64,000 bases of DNA. Origin: an uncultured virus (IMG/VR IMGVR_UViG_3300005336_000020) (Duplodnaviria; Heunggongvirae; Uroviricota; Caudoviricetes). A program made the translations under genes and the position numbers. Below the pieces are notes generated by a model, which was given only the letters and a program-made list of their open reading frames with translations, searched no databases and was not told the origin of the DNA. The DNA is taken from the IMG/VR virus record IMGVR_UViG_3300005336_000020. One strand, 5' to 3'. Numbering within the stretch: the stretch's first letter is position 1; the number at the start of each line of letters is the position of its first letter. Shown here piece by piece: positions 63,825 through 64,000 of this stretch.

Positions 63825-64000
63825 GTTGGGCTCCTTTCCTCAACTGTACCTATCGTAGCACCCTTTGAGATTCAAGTTGGCTAAAAGGGTGTAGTTGGCC
63901 AGAGAGTGTCCGTTGCTGGGGAGAACAAGGGTACGACGGAGAGCCGTTCATGTTTCTACCAACGAGGGAAACAATCCGGCCACGACGAAGGGGACCCGGT

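Overview
A 64-kb segment of a large, GC-rich actinobacteriophage genome (siphovirus-type, probably infecting Streptomyces). 1-13.6 kb (+): neck, tail, tape-measure and tail-tip genes. 13.5-30 kb (-): replication and recombination (RuvC-like resolvase, PolA, primase-helicase, RecT-like annealing protein, Cas4-like exonuclease, UvrD-like helicase) plus a glycosyltransferase and RNA-end-processing enzymes. 30-48 kb: accessory region with genes resembling those of Streptomyces conjugative elements (KorSA/TraR-like GntR, SLT, NlpC/P60, Spd-like membrane proteins). 48-50.5 kb (+): lysis cassette. 50.5-64 kb (-): HD hydrolase, SNF2 helicase, an RNA-centred locus, an FtsK/TraB-like ATPase and HU. The most striking element is the 56.4-61.2 kb RNA locus. 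It contains a Ro60/Rsr (TROVE-vWA) gene preceded by three tandem Y-RNA-like hairpin units with a shared scaffold, carrying a complete, a degenerate, or no circularly permuted tRNA domain. Nearby are a TerF-like vWA gene, a normal tRNA-Ile(GAU), and two tRNA-shaped RNAs whose anticodon loops are replaced by inserted hairpins. A palindrome, GGCCTAGG(C/T)C, recurs in promoter-like sites across the window. All calls come from reading motifs and base pairing by eye; no searches were run.
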